DNA from: an uncultured Candidatus Saccharibacteria bacterium
GTDB taxonomy: Bacteria; Patescibacteriota; WWE3; UBA101185; UBA10185
NCBI GenBank assembly: GCA_964496905.1
Contig: CAZCAQ010000003.1
Location: 1,701 to 65,700 of the forward strand
DNA: 64,000 nt
Direction of reading: 5' to 3'
The notes beneath the pieces were generated by a model. That model had not been told where the DNA came from. It saw only the letters and a program-made list of their open reading frames with translations, and did not search any database. Each line of letters starts with the position of its first letter. The stretch's first letter is position 1. Below, one piece after another: positions 1 to 9,518 of this stretch. The position numbers and the translations under genes are program-made.

Positions 1-834
1 GATTTCAATATAATTCAGGAATTTTTTGACAATAATATACCTTATTCTGATTTTAGTGCTATCAGTTTAGTATCTTGGAGTCATGGGAAAGATGTTTTTT
101 ACTCCTTAACTGATGAGGGCCTCATAGTTAAAATGCCAACATACTTAGGTGAGGAGTATATCTATTCTGCGTATTTGTTACAATTCAATACCCAATTTAT
201 ATGTGAGTTGAAAAACCTTTCAAACAAATTCCATTACGTACCAGAAAGTTCCCTAAAGTATTTTCCTGATACCACTATTATTAAAGAGGATAGAGATGCA
301 TTTGATTATATTTACATAATTGAAAAACTTGCGAATATTGATAAAGATTCAAATCATTTAGCACAACATATTCATAAGTTTGAAGCTGCTTTCAGCAATA
401 TCACTTATAGAAAAATTAACCTTCTAGATAATACTACTAGAAGATCCCTCTTAGAATTGTGCATGGAATGGTGTATGGCAAAAAACTTTAATACTGTGGA
501 TACTGCCTCCGAGTTGTACGCCCTAAACACTTACTTTAAGTATTCAACTTCTATTAAAGATTTTTCAGTGGGAATATTTGATGGTGATAAATTGATAGCA
601 TATACTTTAAACGAATTGCACGGTAAGGAATGGGTTATTGGCCACTTTGGTAAATCCTCCTATAGTTACAAGCACAGCTCTTTACTTTCTGAGGTTTATT
701 CAGCTAAGTTACTTTACGAGCAAGGTATCAAATATCTTAACCACCAACAGGATACTGGCATTTTAAGTTTGCGCTCCTTTAAGGAAAGTTTGCAACCTGA
801 GAAATTCCTAAAGAAATACACTATTGAAATTTAG
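1..834 (+). CDS. 5'-truncated DUF2156-like protein (MprF C-terminal aminoacyl-phosphatidylglycerol-synthase-like domain). The frame is open from base 1, so the gene starts upstream of the window.
   Basis: The reading frame of the 133..834 ORF has no stop back to position 1. The C-terminal motif GILSLRSFKESLQPEKF...KY resembles the conserved G-L-x-x-F-K-x-K-F-x-P tail of the MprF/LysX C-terminal domain. No TM segments. Confidence 0.4.
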   Translation, partial: DFNIIQEFFDNNIPYSDFSAISLVSWSHGKDVFYSLTDEGLIVKMPTYLGEEYIYSAYLLQFNTQFICELKNLSNKFHYVPESSLKYFPDTTIIKEDRDAFDYIYIIEKLANIDKDSNHLAQHIHKFEAAFSNITYRKINLLDNTTRRSLLELCMEWCMAKNFNTVDTASELYALNTYFKYSTSIKDFSVGIFDGDKLIAYTLNELHGKEWVIGHFGKSSYSYKHSSLLSEVYSAKLLYEQGIKYLNHQQDTGILSLRSFKESLQPEKFLKKYTIEI

Positions 835-1628
835 GAGGTGGTTTTTCTATAGGCTAGTATCAGCATTTCCGGATACAAAGAGCCTGTCCATTCGTATTTA
901 TCAAGGAAACTCTTTGGGTATGGTGGGTAATACTCCAGTAGCTTTTCATAGCCCATTTTTTTGAAAATCCGATCATAATAGCGACTACCTTTGATATAAA
1001 CAGGAATGCTTACACCTTCAAAATTTGCATAACCTCTTTTTGGGTTAGCGTTAGAATCAAAGTTCTCAAAGAGGTCCTCTATTTCAAGAGAATTAATTAT
1101 ATGCTTTTCTGGAAATACTGAAAAAATTAGGATTCCATCTCTTTTCAAAGTAGTAGTTAAATTAGTAATTGCAGTAGGCATATCACGTATCCAATCGAAA
1201 ACGTGCATCGCTGTCACAACATCGAAGGTATTCTTTAGTTCGTTTTGAAATAGCTCACTTTTGTGATTACCGTATAGAAGACTAATGTCTTTAGGTAGCG
1301 CTAGACTGGCTTTTTGAAGCATTTCTTTTGAATAGTCCATACCTGTTACATTGTGCCCTTGCGTATGAAATGCTTTACATAAAGAACCTACACCGCATCC
1401 AAAATCCAATACACTTAGATGCTTTTTTCCTAGAAATTGACTTTGAGTTTCTATCTGACTAAAAAAAACAGGCCAACCAATATGTATATTAACTGCGGCG
1501 TCTGGTTCAATGTCTTCCTCAGTGATATGAGTATCAAAGTAAGTAGCTAGTTTGTCCCAAAGCCATTCATTTTTCTTTTTGAGGTTATCCATCTGTCCTA
1601 TAGTAAAGCAAGATCTTCCTCCTGTCAA
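831..1628 (-). CDS. Class I SAM-dependent methyltransferase
   Basis: Motif I VLDFGCGVGSL followed by the acidic motif II region (TGMDYS). 4-bp overlap with the downstream gene on the same strand. Confidence 0.75.
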   Translation of the reverse strand: MTGGRSCFTIGQMDNLKKKNEWLWDKLATYFDTHITEEDIEPDAAVNIHIGWPVFFSQIETQSQFLGKKHLSVLDFGCGVGSLCKAFHTQGHNVTGMDYSKEMLQKASLALPKDISLLYGNHKSELFQNELKNTFDVVTAMHVFDWIRDMPTAITNLTTTLKRDGILIFSVFPEKHIINSLEIEDLFENFDSNANPKRGYANFEGVSIPVYIKGSRYYDRIFKKMGYEKLLEYYPPYPKSFLDKYEWTGSLYPEMLILAYRKTTS

Positions 1629-1630
1629 TA

Positions 1631-2500
1631 CTATGGGCTAGTGTTTGATATTTTATGAGCTGCGCTTTCATACAATACCAGACCTATACCCATTAGAAAA
1701 TATGAAATGATGAACATTAAGTCGCTTAATCCAGCTGGTTGCCACATGTCATTTCGTGTTTGATATAGAAATATCCCATCTGCAAAATACTGAAAAATTA
1801 AAGCAAACAAAATAAATAACACACGAGCACGCATTATTCCTCCCAATAGGTTTGTTGAAAGTACGTAAGTACATATAGCTAAAGAAACAAATAAAGTTTG
1901 TCCAAGTGGATAATATATATCAAGGAATCTATTAAGTAGTGGTTCTGTGGGATCAATCCTCCCGTGTATAAAAACAAAATACGATCCAATCAATAACGCT
2001 AAGGTGATAGTTATAGCGTAGAGTTTACCTTTTCTAGTACTTAATGAGAACTTTGCACCTGACGCTACACCAAGATTCCATATGCCCATTAAATACAAAG
2101 GTGCGCTTATCATGTAAAAAATTTCTCCAAAAGCAGGATAAGGATTTTCTATATTGGTTAAGTAATATATCAGTGTGTAACTCAAGTTTCCTAGAAATTG
2201 CATTAGCAATCCTGCAGAAAGATAAATTAATGCTTTTCCTACAACACTATTTTTACCGCCCCAATCTTTAGATACTAAATAACCGAAGACAGCTGCTATT
2301 AAAGCTATTATTCCATATGTATCTGTAAGATAACCGCTTTGTAAATTATCAGCAGGTAAGAAAAAATTAATATACAACCCCCATAAAATAAAAAAAACTG
2401 AAACAAAGGTTAATATAAGCATTTTATTTTTCATATTTACTTTATATGGTAGGTTTATAATGGTTTTTTTGTCAACCACTTGAATCTTTTGCTCAGTCAT
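1631..2500 (-). CDS. Polytopic integral membrane protein, unknown function
   Basis: 289 aa with about 8 hydrophobic helices. Co-oriented and nearly abutting the methyltransferase. Confidence 0.5.
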   Translation of the reverse strand: MTEQKIQVVDKKTIINLPYKVNMKNKMLILTFVSVFFILWGLYINFFLPADNLQSGYLTDTYGIIALIAAVFGYLVSKDWGGKNSVVGKALIYLSAGLLMQFLGNLSYTLIYYLTNIENPYPAFGEIFYMISAPLYLMGIWNLGVASGAKFSLSTRKGKLYAITITLALLIGSYFVFIHGRIDPTEPLLNRFLDIYYPLGQTLFVSLAICTYVLSTNLLGGIMRARVLFILFALIFQYFADGIFLYQTRNDMWQPAGLSDLMFIISYFLMGIGLVLYESAAHKISNTSP

Positions 2501-2519
2501 TTAATAATCTAAACACACC

Positions 2520-3476
2520 ATGAAACACCATATCCTGCCAAACCACAAAACAAAAACACGTGCGACCTTTCTTTCTCAACACTTTTTGGCATTTTACGCA
2601 ATGGCGCTATTTGTGCTCATACACGCGCTCAACTTTATACCAAAAGTAGCCCCAGGAGTTCTAAGTTACGCTTCAAACATAAGTTTTAACGATCTATACA
2701 CAGAAACTAACAAAATTCGCCAGGAACAGGGACTGGCTCAACTAAAGACTAACGATAAGCTCTCTGCTGCGGCTTATAAAAAGGCTCAGCACATGTTTAA
2801 GAATAACTATTGGGCTCATGTTTCTCCCGATGGTACAGAGCCTTGGTACTTTATTCTCAATGAAAATTACGATTATGTTTATGCGGGCGAAAACTTAGCT
2901 AAAAACTTTAATAATTCTCGCGATGTTGTTGAAGCATGGTACAAATCTCCTTCGCACCGCGAAAACCTTTTGAATCCCAATTATGACGAAATTGGCTATG
3001 CTGTTGTAAATGGCGTTTTAGACGGATATCAAACGACTTTAGTGGTTCAAATGTTTGGAAAGTCTAAGCAGCCTAGTTATTCGGCTAGTTCAGATAATGT
3101 TCAGGGTACCGATACGATTCCGTCAGAAAATGAACAAACAGCGCAAATTCCTGTAGAACAGCCAACCGTCGCAGAAATTCCTGAGGATACGGATATCAAA
3201 GAATATGCCCAGCCAAATGTTCCGCAACAAGCCCCGTATCAAGAGGAAATAGTTGTGTACAAGCCATTGCTAACAATTAAAGACGTTACGGCGTTTAATC
3301 AAACGGTTAGCATAGCTTTTGGCGGTTTTTTAGTTTCCTTATTGTCACTCGATTTTTGGTATTCACGCCGAAAAACCATTTTAAAGCCTACGGGTCATAC
3401 TCTTGCGCATATAATGTTTTTAACTATTTTGGTCATAAGTATTTTAGTTTTAATAAAACCAGGAGTAATTCTTTAA
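2520..3476 (+). CDS. CAP/SCP (PR-1-like, YkwD-type) domain protein with Pro/Gln-rich linker and C-terminal TM anchor
   Basis: N-terminal signal/TM, then the CAP signature region YWAHVSPDG...GENLAKNF...AWYKSPSHRENLLNPNYDEIGYA, then a low-complexity linker, then two C-terminal hydrophobic helices. Confidence 0.7.
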   Translation: MKHHILPNHKTKTRATFLSQHFLAFYAMALFVLIHALNFIPKVAPGVLSYASNISFNDLYTETNKIRQEQGLAQLKTNDKLSAAAYKKAQHMFKNNYWAHVSPDGTEPWYFILNENYDYVYAGENLAKNFNNSRDVVEAWYKSPSHRENLLNPNYDEIGYAVVNGVLDGYQTTLVVQMFGKSKQPSYSASSDNVQGTDTIPSENEQTAQIPVEQPTVAEIPEDTDIKEYAQPNVPQQAPYQEEIVVYKPLLTIKDVTAFNQTVSIAFGGFLVSLLSLDFWYSRRKTILKPTGHTLAHIMFLTILVISILVLIKPGVIL

Positions 3477-3500
3477 AAACACTAAAAAAGGATCTTTTTT

Positions 3501-3797
3501 ATGCAACACGGCAAAATCACACACAAACATGATACTTCACAAAAAACCGAAATTGCCCATTATTTAGTTCTTTTTTGTGGATTAATGTTTTTTGCTGTAA
3601 TGGCCTATTTTTACCGTCTTGACCCTTCTGTACAGTTTTTAATGTTTTTTGCCGCAACAGCCTTTTATACTCTTTGGGGAGTAATTCATCATTATCTTGA
3701 AAACAGACTGACTTGGGCCGTAGTTGCCGAATATCTATTTTTCGCTTTCATTGTCTTTTTTCTTGTAGTATTATCACTAGGCACTTTCTGGCACTAA
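3501..3797 (+). CDS. Small membrane protein (3 predicted TM helices)
   Basis: 98-aa ORF, hydrophobic throughout, tightly packed between neighbours on the same strand. Confidence 0.4.
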   Translation: MQHGKITHKHDTSQKTEIAHYLVLFCGLMFFAVMAYFYRLDPSVQFLMFFAATAFYTLWGVIHHYLENRLTWAVVAEYLFFAFIVFFLVVLSLGTFWH

Positions 3798-3804
3798 TAT
3801 CTAT

Positions 3805-4929
3805 ATGAAAATAACAATTGTAATACCTACATACAACGAGGCTGAAAATATTGAGCGCCTCATTCCAATTCTTGCGCAAGAGTTTAAAAAGGCACCTCAA
3901 CACCAGTTTACCGTTTTAGTGGTTGATGCCAATTCTCCCGATGGTACTGCGCAAAAGGTTCGTGAGCTTTCAATACACTACCCATTTGCTCAAGTTTTAG
4001 TTGAGACTGAAAAAAACGGCCTTGGCGCTGCGTATGTTTTTGCATTTAAACATGTTTTGGCAAATATTCCTTCGGACGCTGTTATTGAGATGGATGCGGA
4101 CTTTCAGCACAAACCTTCAGATGTTCTTAAGCTGGCCGAAAAGGCTGACGAAGGTTACGACTATGTAATTGGTTCCCGCTTTATAGAAGGTGGAAGTATT
4201 CCAAAAGATTGGAGCTTGTATCGAAAGTTAATAAGTAAAGGTGGCAATATTTTTTCAAGCATAGTTTTAGGCATTAGAGGCGTCCATGACTATACTTCTG
4301 GATTTAAGCTTACAAAAGTTCAGGGTGTTTTAGATAAAATGGATCTAGATAACATAATGTCAAAAGGCTTTGCTTACAAAATTGACCTTTTATACAAAGC
4401 CAAAAAGGTTGGAGCTCGCATTGGAGAAGTGCCTATTGAATTTGGTTTGCGTGACAGAGGGGATTCCAAAATGGAAAAAAATAATTTTATGGATTCGCTT
4501 AAGGTTGTAATAATGCTGCGTATGAACGAACACCCTTCTTTTTACAAGTTCTTAATGGTAGGTTTTGCGGGACTGGGCACAGATATAATACTATTTAATA
4601 CATTCCGTCTTTTTATGGCTTCGGGATATGCGAGCGCACTTGCGGGGCTTTTTGCAATGTGCGTAACTTATACTCTTAACAATTTTTGGTCGTTTAAACA
4701 TCAAAAAAAAGAATCAAGATGGCTCTTTTTGCGTGACTTTCCAGTTTATGCAATCAGTTCGTACATTCCCATAGTATTTAGAAGTCTTCTTGTTGGTTGG
4801 TCCGAAGAAACTTTTGGCAAAACATTTCTTGTAGACAATATTGCCTTTTTTATAGGAATTTCTTTTGGTCTAATTTGGAACTACACCGTATATAGCAGAG
4901 TAATTTGGAGGAAGAAAAAAGCAGCTTAG
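3805..4929 (+). CDS. GT2 polyprenol-phosphate glycosyltransferase (DPM1/dolichol-P-mannose synthase-like) fused to a C-terminal GtrA-like membrane domain
   Basis: N-terminus IVIPTYNEAENI...VVDANSPDGT...MDADFQH (GT2 DxD). C-terminal about 120 aa FLMVGFAGLGTDIILFNT...NNFWSFKH is typical of the GtrA family. Confidence 0.8.
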   Translation: MKITIVIPTYNEAENIERLIPILAQEFKKAPQHQFTVLVVDANSPDGTAQKVRELSIHYPFAQVLVETEKNGLGAAYVFAFKHVLANIPSDAVIEMDADFQHKPSDVLKLAEKADEGYDYVIGSRFIEGGSIPKDWSLYRKLISKGGNIFSSIVLGIRGVHDYTSGFKLTKVQGVLDKMDLDNIMSKGFAYKIDLLYKAKKVGARIGEVPIEFGLRDRGDSKMEKNNFMDSLKVVIMLRMNEHPSFYKFLMVGFAGLGTDIILFNTFRLFMASGYASALAGLFAMCVTYTLNNFWSFKHQKKESRWLFLRDFPVYAISSYIPIVFRSLLVGWSEETFGKTFLVDNIAFFIGISFGLIWNYTVYSRVIWRKKKAA

Positions 4930-4972
4930 CCAGTTTGGCTTTTTGGCGCTGTTGCGGTAAAATTACCGGGAT

Positions 4973-5734
4973 ATGGACGAAGGAATTAACTATTCTATTG
5001 TAATACCTGCCTACAACGAAGAAGGCGGAATTACGGCTTCTCTGACCCAAGTCATGAACTATATGAGCTCATTTGACCCTCTTTTTGAGGTTATTGTTGT
5101 TGATGACGGCAGTGCCGATTCTACGGCTCAAAAAGTGCAAGATTACGCACAGTATCACCCTGAAATCACTTTAATAAAAAATGCCCACAAAGGTAAAGCA
5201 GCTACTGTAACAGCTGGAGTTCTGGCTGCGCAGGGTAAGTATATTCTTACGGCTGATGCAGATATGGCAACGCCAATTGATGAGCTCAAGCGCTTTGTTC
5301 ATTGGATTGAAGACCATGATTACGACATAGTTATTGCTTCCCGTGAAGGCGCTGGCGCCAAAAGGCAAGGTGAGCCACTTTTTAGGCACGTAATTGGACG
5401 TGTTTTTAACTTGATGGTAAGACTAATTGCAGTTCCACAATTTTCAGATACTCAATGTGGATTTAAACTTTATACAAAAGAAACTGCACATGATATATTT
5501 TCTAGGCTAATAGTTTATAAAGATCAAGATAAAGTTTTAAAAAAGGCTTTTCTTGGTGCTTTTGACGTTGAAATTATTTTTATAGCTTTAAAGCGTGGCT
5601 ACAAAGTTAAATCTGTCCCTGTCACGTGGACATATATTAAGACCACAAGGCTTAATTTTTTGGAAACATCTGCCAAAATGGCAAGAGATGTTGTTAAAAT
5701 TCGCTTAAATGGTCTGAAAGGAGCCTATAAATGA
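4973..5734 (+). CDS. GT2 glycosyltransferase (polyprenol-phosphate sugar synthase-like)
   Basis: YSIVIPAYNEEGGI...VVDDGSADST...ADADMATP motifs. Confidence 0.8.
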   Translation: MDEGINYSIVIPAYNEEGGITASLTQVMNYMSSFDPLFEVIVVDDGSADSTAQKVQDYAQYHPEITLIKNAHKGKAATVTAGVLAAQGKYILTADADMATPIDELKRFVHWIEDHDYDIVIASREGAGAKRQGEPLFRHVIGRVFNLMVRLIAVPQFSDTQCGFKLYTKETAHDIFSRLIVYKDQDKVLKKAFLGAFDVEIIFIALKRGYKVKSVPVTWTYIKTTRLNFLETSAKMARDVVKIRLNGLKGAYK

Positions 5735-7089
5735 ATTTATGTGTAATAGGAACGGGGTATATTGGATTAGTTGGAGCAGCAGTTTTTTCCGAGTGGGGAA
5801 ATAACATTGTAGGTGTTGATATTGATCAGGCAAAAATTGATCAAATTATGTCAGGCGATATGCCTATTTTTGAACCTGGACTTGAAGAAGTTGTAATGAC
5901 TAACATTAAAGAAGGTCGTTTAACATTTACAACTGACTTAGCAACAGGCATGAAAGATGCCGAAATTATTTTTATTTGCGTGGGAACTCCTCAGAGCGAT
6001 AGTGGTGCTGCAGACTTAAATGCTGTAGAAACCGTCGCAAAGCAAATCGCCGCACATTTAGATTCTTACAAACTTATTGTTATAAAAAGCACAGTGCCAG
6101 TTGGAACAAATGAGCACGTTCGGGAACTTATAACCCAAAATTTAAAATCACCTGTTGAATTTGGCGTCGCCTCAAACCCGGAATTTTTGCGCGAAGGTTA
6201 TTCTGTTGATGACATGAGAAACCCAGACAGAACAATTATTGGCTCAGATTCACAAAAAGCACTGGATATACTAAAAAAACTTTATTCTCACTTAACTACG
6301 CCAATTGTCGAGTGTGACTTTAGGTCGGCTGAACTTATTAAGTACGCTTCTAACGCCTTTTTAGCCACAAAGATCTCGTTTATAAACGAAATTTCTCAAT
6401 TGTGTGATAAGTCAGGCGCTGATGTTAGTGTTGTTGCTCAAGGCATGGGTCTAGATACGCGAATTGGGCCCAGGTTTTTGCAAGCAGGAATTGGTTATGG
6501 CGGAAGCTGTTTTCCTAAAGATGTAGCAGCCCTTTATAAAACTTCTACTGACCAAGCTTACGATTTTAAACTTTTAAGAGGCGTTATGGAAGTTAATGAA
6601 CGCCAAAGAAAGTTTTACTTTCACAAAATTACAAAAGCTCTAGGAAAAAACCTTAGCGGCAAAACTTTTGCTGTCCTAGGTTTGTCCTTTAAAGAGGCGA
6701 CCGACGACATTAGAGACTCTGTAGCCCTTGAAGTTGTAAAAATGCTTAGAGGTGCCGGTGCCGACATTAGGGCTTTTGATCCCGCCGCAATGGAAAACTC
6801 AAAATCCCAACTAGGCGATCAAGGGATTTACTACGCTACTTCAATTGAAGATGCCCTAAAAGGTGCTGATGCACTCTGCATATTAACTCCTTGGGATGAA
6901 TTCAAAAATCTTGACGTTTCCACTTTACAAAATCTTTCTACAAAAATGATATTTGATGGAAGAAACATTTTGGACAAGAAGGTAGTTCAAGACGCAGGCT
7001 TAGTTTATTTTGCAATTGGAAAAATAACTAACGGAAGCAAACTTATTGCAGAAAAACCTGCCTCGGCAGTTCTAAATGGAAAAAACTAG
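5731..7089 (+). CDS. ugd: UDP-glucose/GDP-mannose dehydrogenase family enzyme, most likely UDP-glucose 6-dehydrogenase
   Basis: N-terminal Rossmann IGTGYIGLVGA. Catalytic Cys region GYGGSCFPKDV. 452 aa. Confidence 0.8.
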   Translation: MNLCVIGTGYIGLVGAAVFSEWGNNIVGVDIDQAKIDQIMSGDMPIFEPGLEEVVMTNIKEGRLTFTTDLATGMKDAEIIFICVGTPQSDSGAADLNAVETVAKQIAAHLDSYKLIVIKSTVPVGTNEHVRELITQNLKSPVEFGVASNPEFLREGYSVDDMRNPDRTIIGSDSQKALDILKKLYSHLTTPIVECDFRSAELIKYASNAFLATKISFINEISQLCDKSGADVSVVAQGMGLDTRIGPRFLQAGIGYGGSCFPKDVAALYKTSTDQAYDFKLLRGVMEVNERQRKFYFHKITKALGKNLSGKTFAVLGLSFKEATDDIRDSVALEVVKMLRGAGADIRAFDPAAMENSKSQLGDQGIYYATSIEDALKGADALCILTPWDEFKNLDVSTLQNLSTKMIFDGRNILDKKVVQDAGLVYFAIGKITNGSKLIAEKPASAVLNGKN

Positions 7090-8317
7090 CAATAAGCGTA
7101 TTTTAGTTGTAATACCGCAGTTTCCAAAGCTTACTGAGACGTTTATTGAGCGTGACGTTTCAACTTTAGCTGAGTTTGAAAACACAGATATTACTGTTTT
7201 TTCGCTTCAACAAGGTAAGGCCTATTTATCTCCAAATTTAGAAAATCGAGTGGTTTATAAGCGTTTAGGCATTGGAGATGTACTAGTTGCTGTTTTTACT
7301 CAGTGTTTAGTAAAACCCAAAACTACGATAAATGTGCTTAAAATGTCCTTTTTAAAGGATAAGTACGATTCTCAAAACCCTATTAAAAAAGTAATACTTT
7401 TGCTCAAAGGGGCTGTGTATGCTCAGGTTTTTAGCAAATATAATCCACAAGAAATTCATGCACATTTTTTATCCGACATTTCCACTATTTGTATGGCTGC
7501 TGCTGAGTTTTTACAAATCCCATTTAGCCTAAACGTGCATGCAAAAGACGTATTGGTAAATCCTTCCATGCCGGTGGTAAAACTTAAAAAAGCAAAATTC
7601 ACAGCAGTGTGTAATAGGTACGCTTTTAACAGGCTAACGGAAATGGCAAAAGGACACACTAATTCAGTTCATCTTATTTATCACGGTCTTGATGAAAAAA
7701 GGATGGAAGTAGCAGATCTGGCATTAGTTAAACCTAACAGGCCCCTAATTTTTTTGCTCGTTTCTCGCTTGGTTGAAAAAAAAGGTCTGGAATACATGCT
7801 TGAAGCCTCGCGCATTCTACTTAATCGTGGCTTTGATCACGAAGTAGCAATTATTGGTGCCAACGACCCTTCTAGCCCAGTTAACATGTACGAAAAATAT
7901 AAAGCTGAAATTAATGATCTAAAAATGCAAGATGTTATAAAAATTATAGGTGAAGGTAAGGGAGTTCCTTTTGAAGAAGCAAAGCAGTACTACAAAATTG
8001 CCGATATTTTTGTTATGCCCAGTATTTCAGCAGGAAGTGGCGACGCAGATGGCGTTCCTAACACAATAATTGAGGCGGCCCTTTCAAAATTGCCAATTGT
8101 TGCAACCGATGCAGGGAGCATAAAGGATCTTTTAAACCCGCAAAATTCCATTTTAATTCACCAAAAAAGCGCTCAGGACATTGCAGATGCAATTGAAAAG
8201 CTTATGTTGGATCCGCAACTTAGGGATTCTTTAGGAAAGCGCGCCTACTACGATGCCAAAGAAATGTTTTCTTCTGCCCGCAACGTTAATATTTTGCATA
8301 AATTGCTGTTAGAATAA
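7076..8317 (+). CDS. GT4-family (GT-B fold) glycosyltransferase
   Basis: C-terminal E-x7-E-like region GVPNTIIEAALSKLPIVATDAGS. Confidence 0.75.
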   Translation: MEKTSNKRILVVIPQFPKLTETFIERDVSTLAEFENTDITVFSLQQGKAYLSPNLENRVVYKRLGIGDVLVAVFTQCLVKPKTTINVLKMSFLKDKYDSQNPIKKVILLLKGAVYAQVFSKYNPQEIHAHFLSDISTICMAAAEFLQIPFSLNVHAKDVLVNPSMPVVKLKKAKFTAVCNRYAFNRLTEMAKGHTNSVHLIYHGLDEKRMEVADLALVKPNRPLIFLLVSRLVEKKGLEYMLEASRILLNRGFDHEVAIIGANDPSSPVNMYEKYKAEINDLKMQDVIKIIGEGKGVPFEEAKQYYKIADIFVMPSISAGSGDADGVPNTIIEAALSKLPIVATDAGSIKDLLNPQNSILIHQKSAQDIADAIEKLMLDPQLRDSLGKRAYYDAKEMFSSARNVNILHKLLLE

Positions 8318-8321
8318 GTAC

Positions 8322-9518
8322 GTGCGCATTGCTGTATTTGTAAAAGGAACAATATTTCACTCTCAATACGGAGGCCTTGAAACGCAAAACCAGGCTTTAT
8401 GCCAAGGTTTAAGCCAAAAAGGTCATGAAATCCACATTTTTTCACCTAAAAAAGACGTTACAGAAAGCGAAAAAACTTCCAATTCTTTGCATTACCATTT
8501 TGTAGAGTCAAAGTTTAAAATGGGGCTAATTTTAGGCTTTTTTGGCTTTTTAGACAAAAACAATTGGGTAAACAGATCCTATGAAGAATTTGTCAAAACT
8601 GAAAAGTCAGGTCATTTTGACGTTATTATTTCACAAAGTACCGCTGGTATTGGCATTATAAAGCACAAAGAGGATCATAATTTTAAGTCAATTATGGTAG
8701 CCCACGGATCAATTTTATCTGAATACAAAACATATTTAAGAGAAATTAAGCTTACACAATTAAAAAATGCAGTTTTGCTAACTAAAAACACAGCTTTTGC
8801 CTTAAAAAATTTTTTTACTCGCCAAAGAGAATGTGTATTAAATTCGACAAAAATTGTAGCTGTTTCTACTTTTGTAAAAAAAGCCCTAATTGACGAAACA
8901 TTTGCTCCAGAAGAAAAATTTGTAGTTATTAACAATGGGATCGAACTTCCTAATTTTGACCTAAAATTTAAAAATTACAACAAAACTATGTTTTTTGCGG
9001 GAAGGCTGGAAAAATCAAAAGGTGTTGATATTTTGCTTTTGGCCTTAAAAAGTGTTTTTTTAGAGCATCCTGACGCAAAGTTGGTAATTGCTGGAAAAGG
9101 TCCTGAAGAAGAAAATCTTAAGATGCAGGTTCAAACCTTAGGAATTGATAAAAACGTGCACTTTGCGGGATGGGTTGAAAAAGACGCATTAGCCAACCTT
9201 TACAAAGAAGCGAGTATATTTGTACTTCCAACAATACGCCTAGAAGGCTTTCCAATGACCTTAGTCGAAGCTTCGGCCTATGGTTTGGCTTTAGTTGCCT
9301 CTGATATTGGTGGAAATGCAGACGCTATAAAAAACTCAGAAAATGGTTTTTTGATACAAGCAGGAAATATCAACCAGCTGTCAGATACTTTGGCTAATTT
9401 ACTAAGCAATGCTGAACAAATTAAAGCCTTTGGCCTTGCCTCAAGAAAGTCTTTTGATCACAACTTCACTCGCGATATAATGGTAGATAAGTATAACTTG
9501 GTTTTGCAAAAACTATGA
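8322..9518 (+). CDS. GT4-family glycosyltransferase
   Basis: EGFPMTLVEASAYGLALVASDIGG motif. N-terminal GT-B domain. Confidence 0.75.
   Translation: MRIAVFVKGTIFHSQYGGLETQNQALCQGLSQKGHEIHIFSPKKDVTESEKTSNSLHYHFVESKFKMGLILGFFGFLDKNNWVNRSYEEFVKTEKSGHFDVIISQSTAGIGIIKHKEDHNFKSIMVAHGSILSEYKTYLREIKLTQLKNAVLLTKNTAFALKNFFTRQRECVLNSTKIVAVSTFVKKALIDETFAPEEKFVVINNGIELPNFDLKFKNYNKTMFFAGRLEKSKGVDILLLALKSVFLEHPDAKLVIAGKGPEEENLKMQVQTLGIDKNVHFAGWVEKDALANLYKEASIFVLPTIRLEGFPMTLVEASAYGLALVASDIGGNADAIKNSENGFLIQAGNINQLSDTLANLLSNAEQIKAFGLASRKSFDHNFTRDIMVDKYNLVLQKL

Noticed and set aside
2044-2271. Short ORFs nested inside or antisense to long genes. They include 2044..2271+, 4850..5050-, 5171..5389-, 7456..7659-, 8248..8445-, 8675..8935-, 11206..11418+, 12223..12420-, 13369..13653, 14559..14753+, 16182..16388-, 17705..17914-, 18813..18995-, 19357..20025, 20717..21607-, 24290..24559-, 25581..26297, 26965..27264-, 28654..29246-, 30118..30757-, 31629..32184-, 33813..34046-, 35763..36098-, 38508..38798+, 40373..40582-, 41499..41720-, 42654..43028-, 43429..43629-, 45899..46602, 47756..48119-, 49293..49833-, 51590..51811+, 52559..52753+, 53865..54068-, 54617..54877-, 56418..56618-, 59100..59303-, 60076..60291-, 60933..61145+, 61775..62533+ and 63600..63809-.
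   Set aside because: All lie within or antisense to much longer ORFs that have recognisable domains. Their composition is low-complexity or skewed, typical of spurious ORFs in AT-rich DNA.
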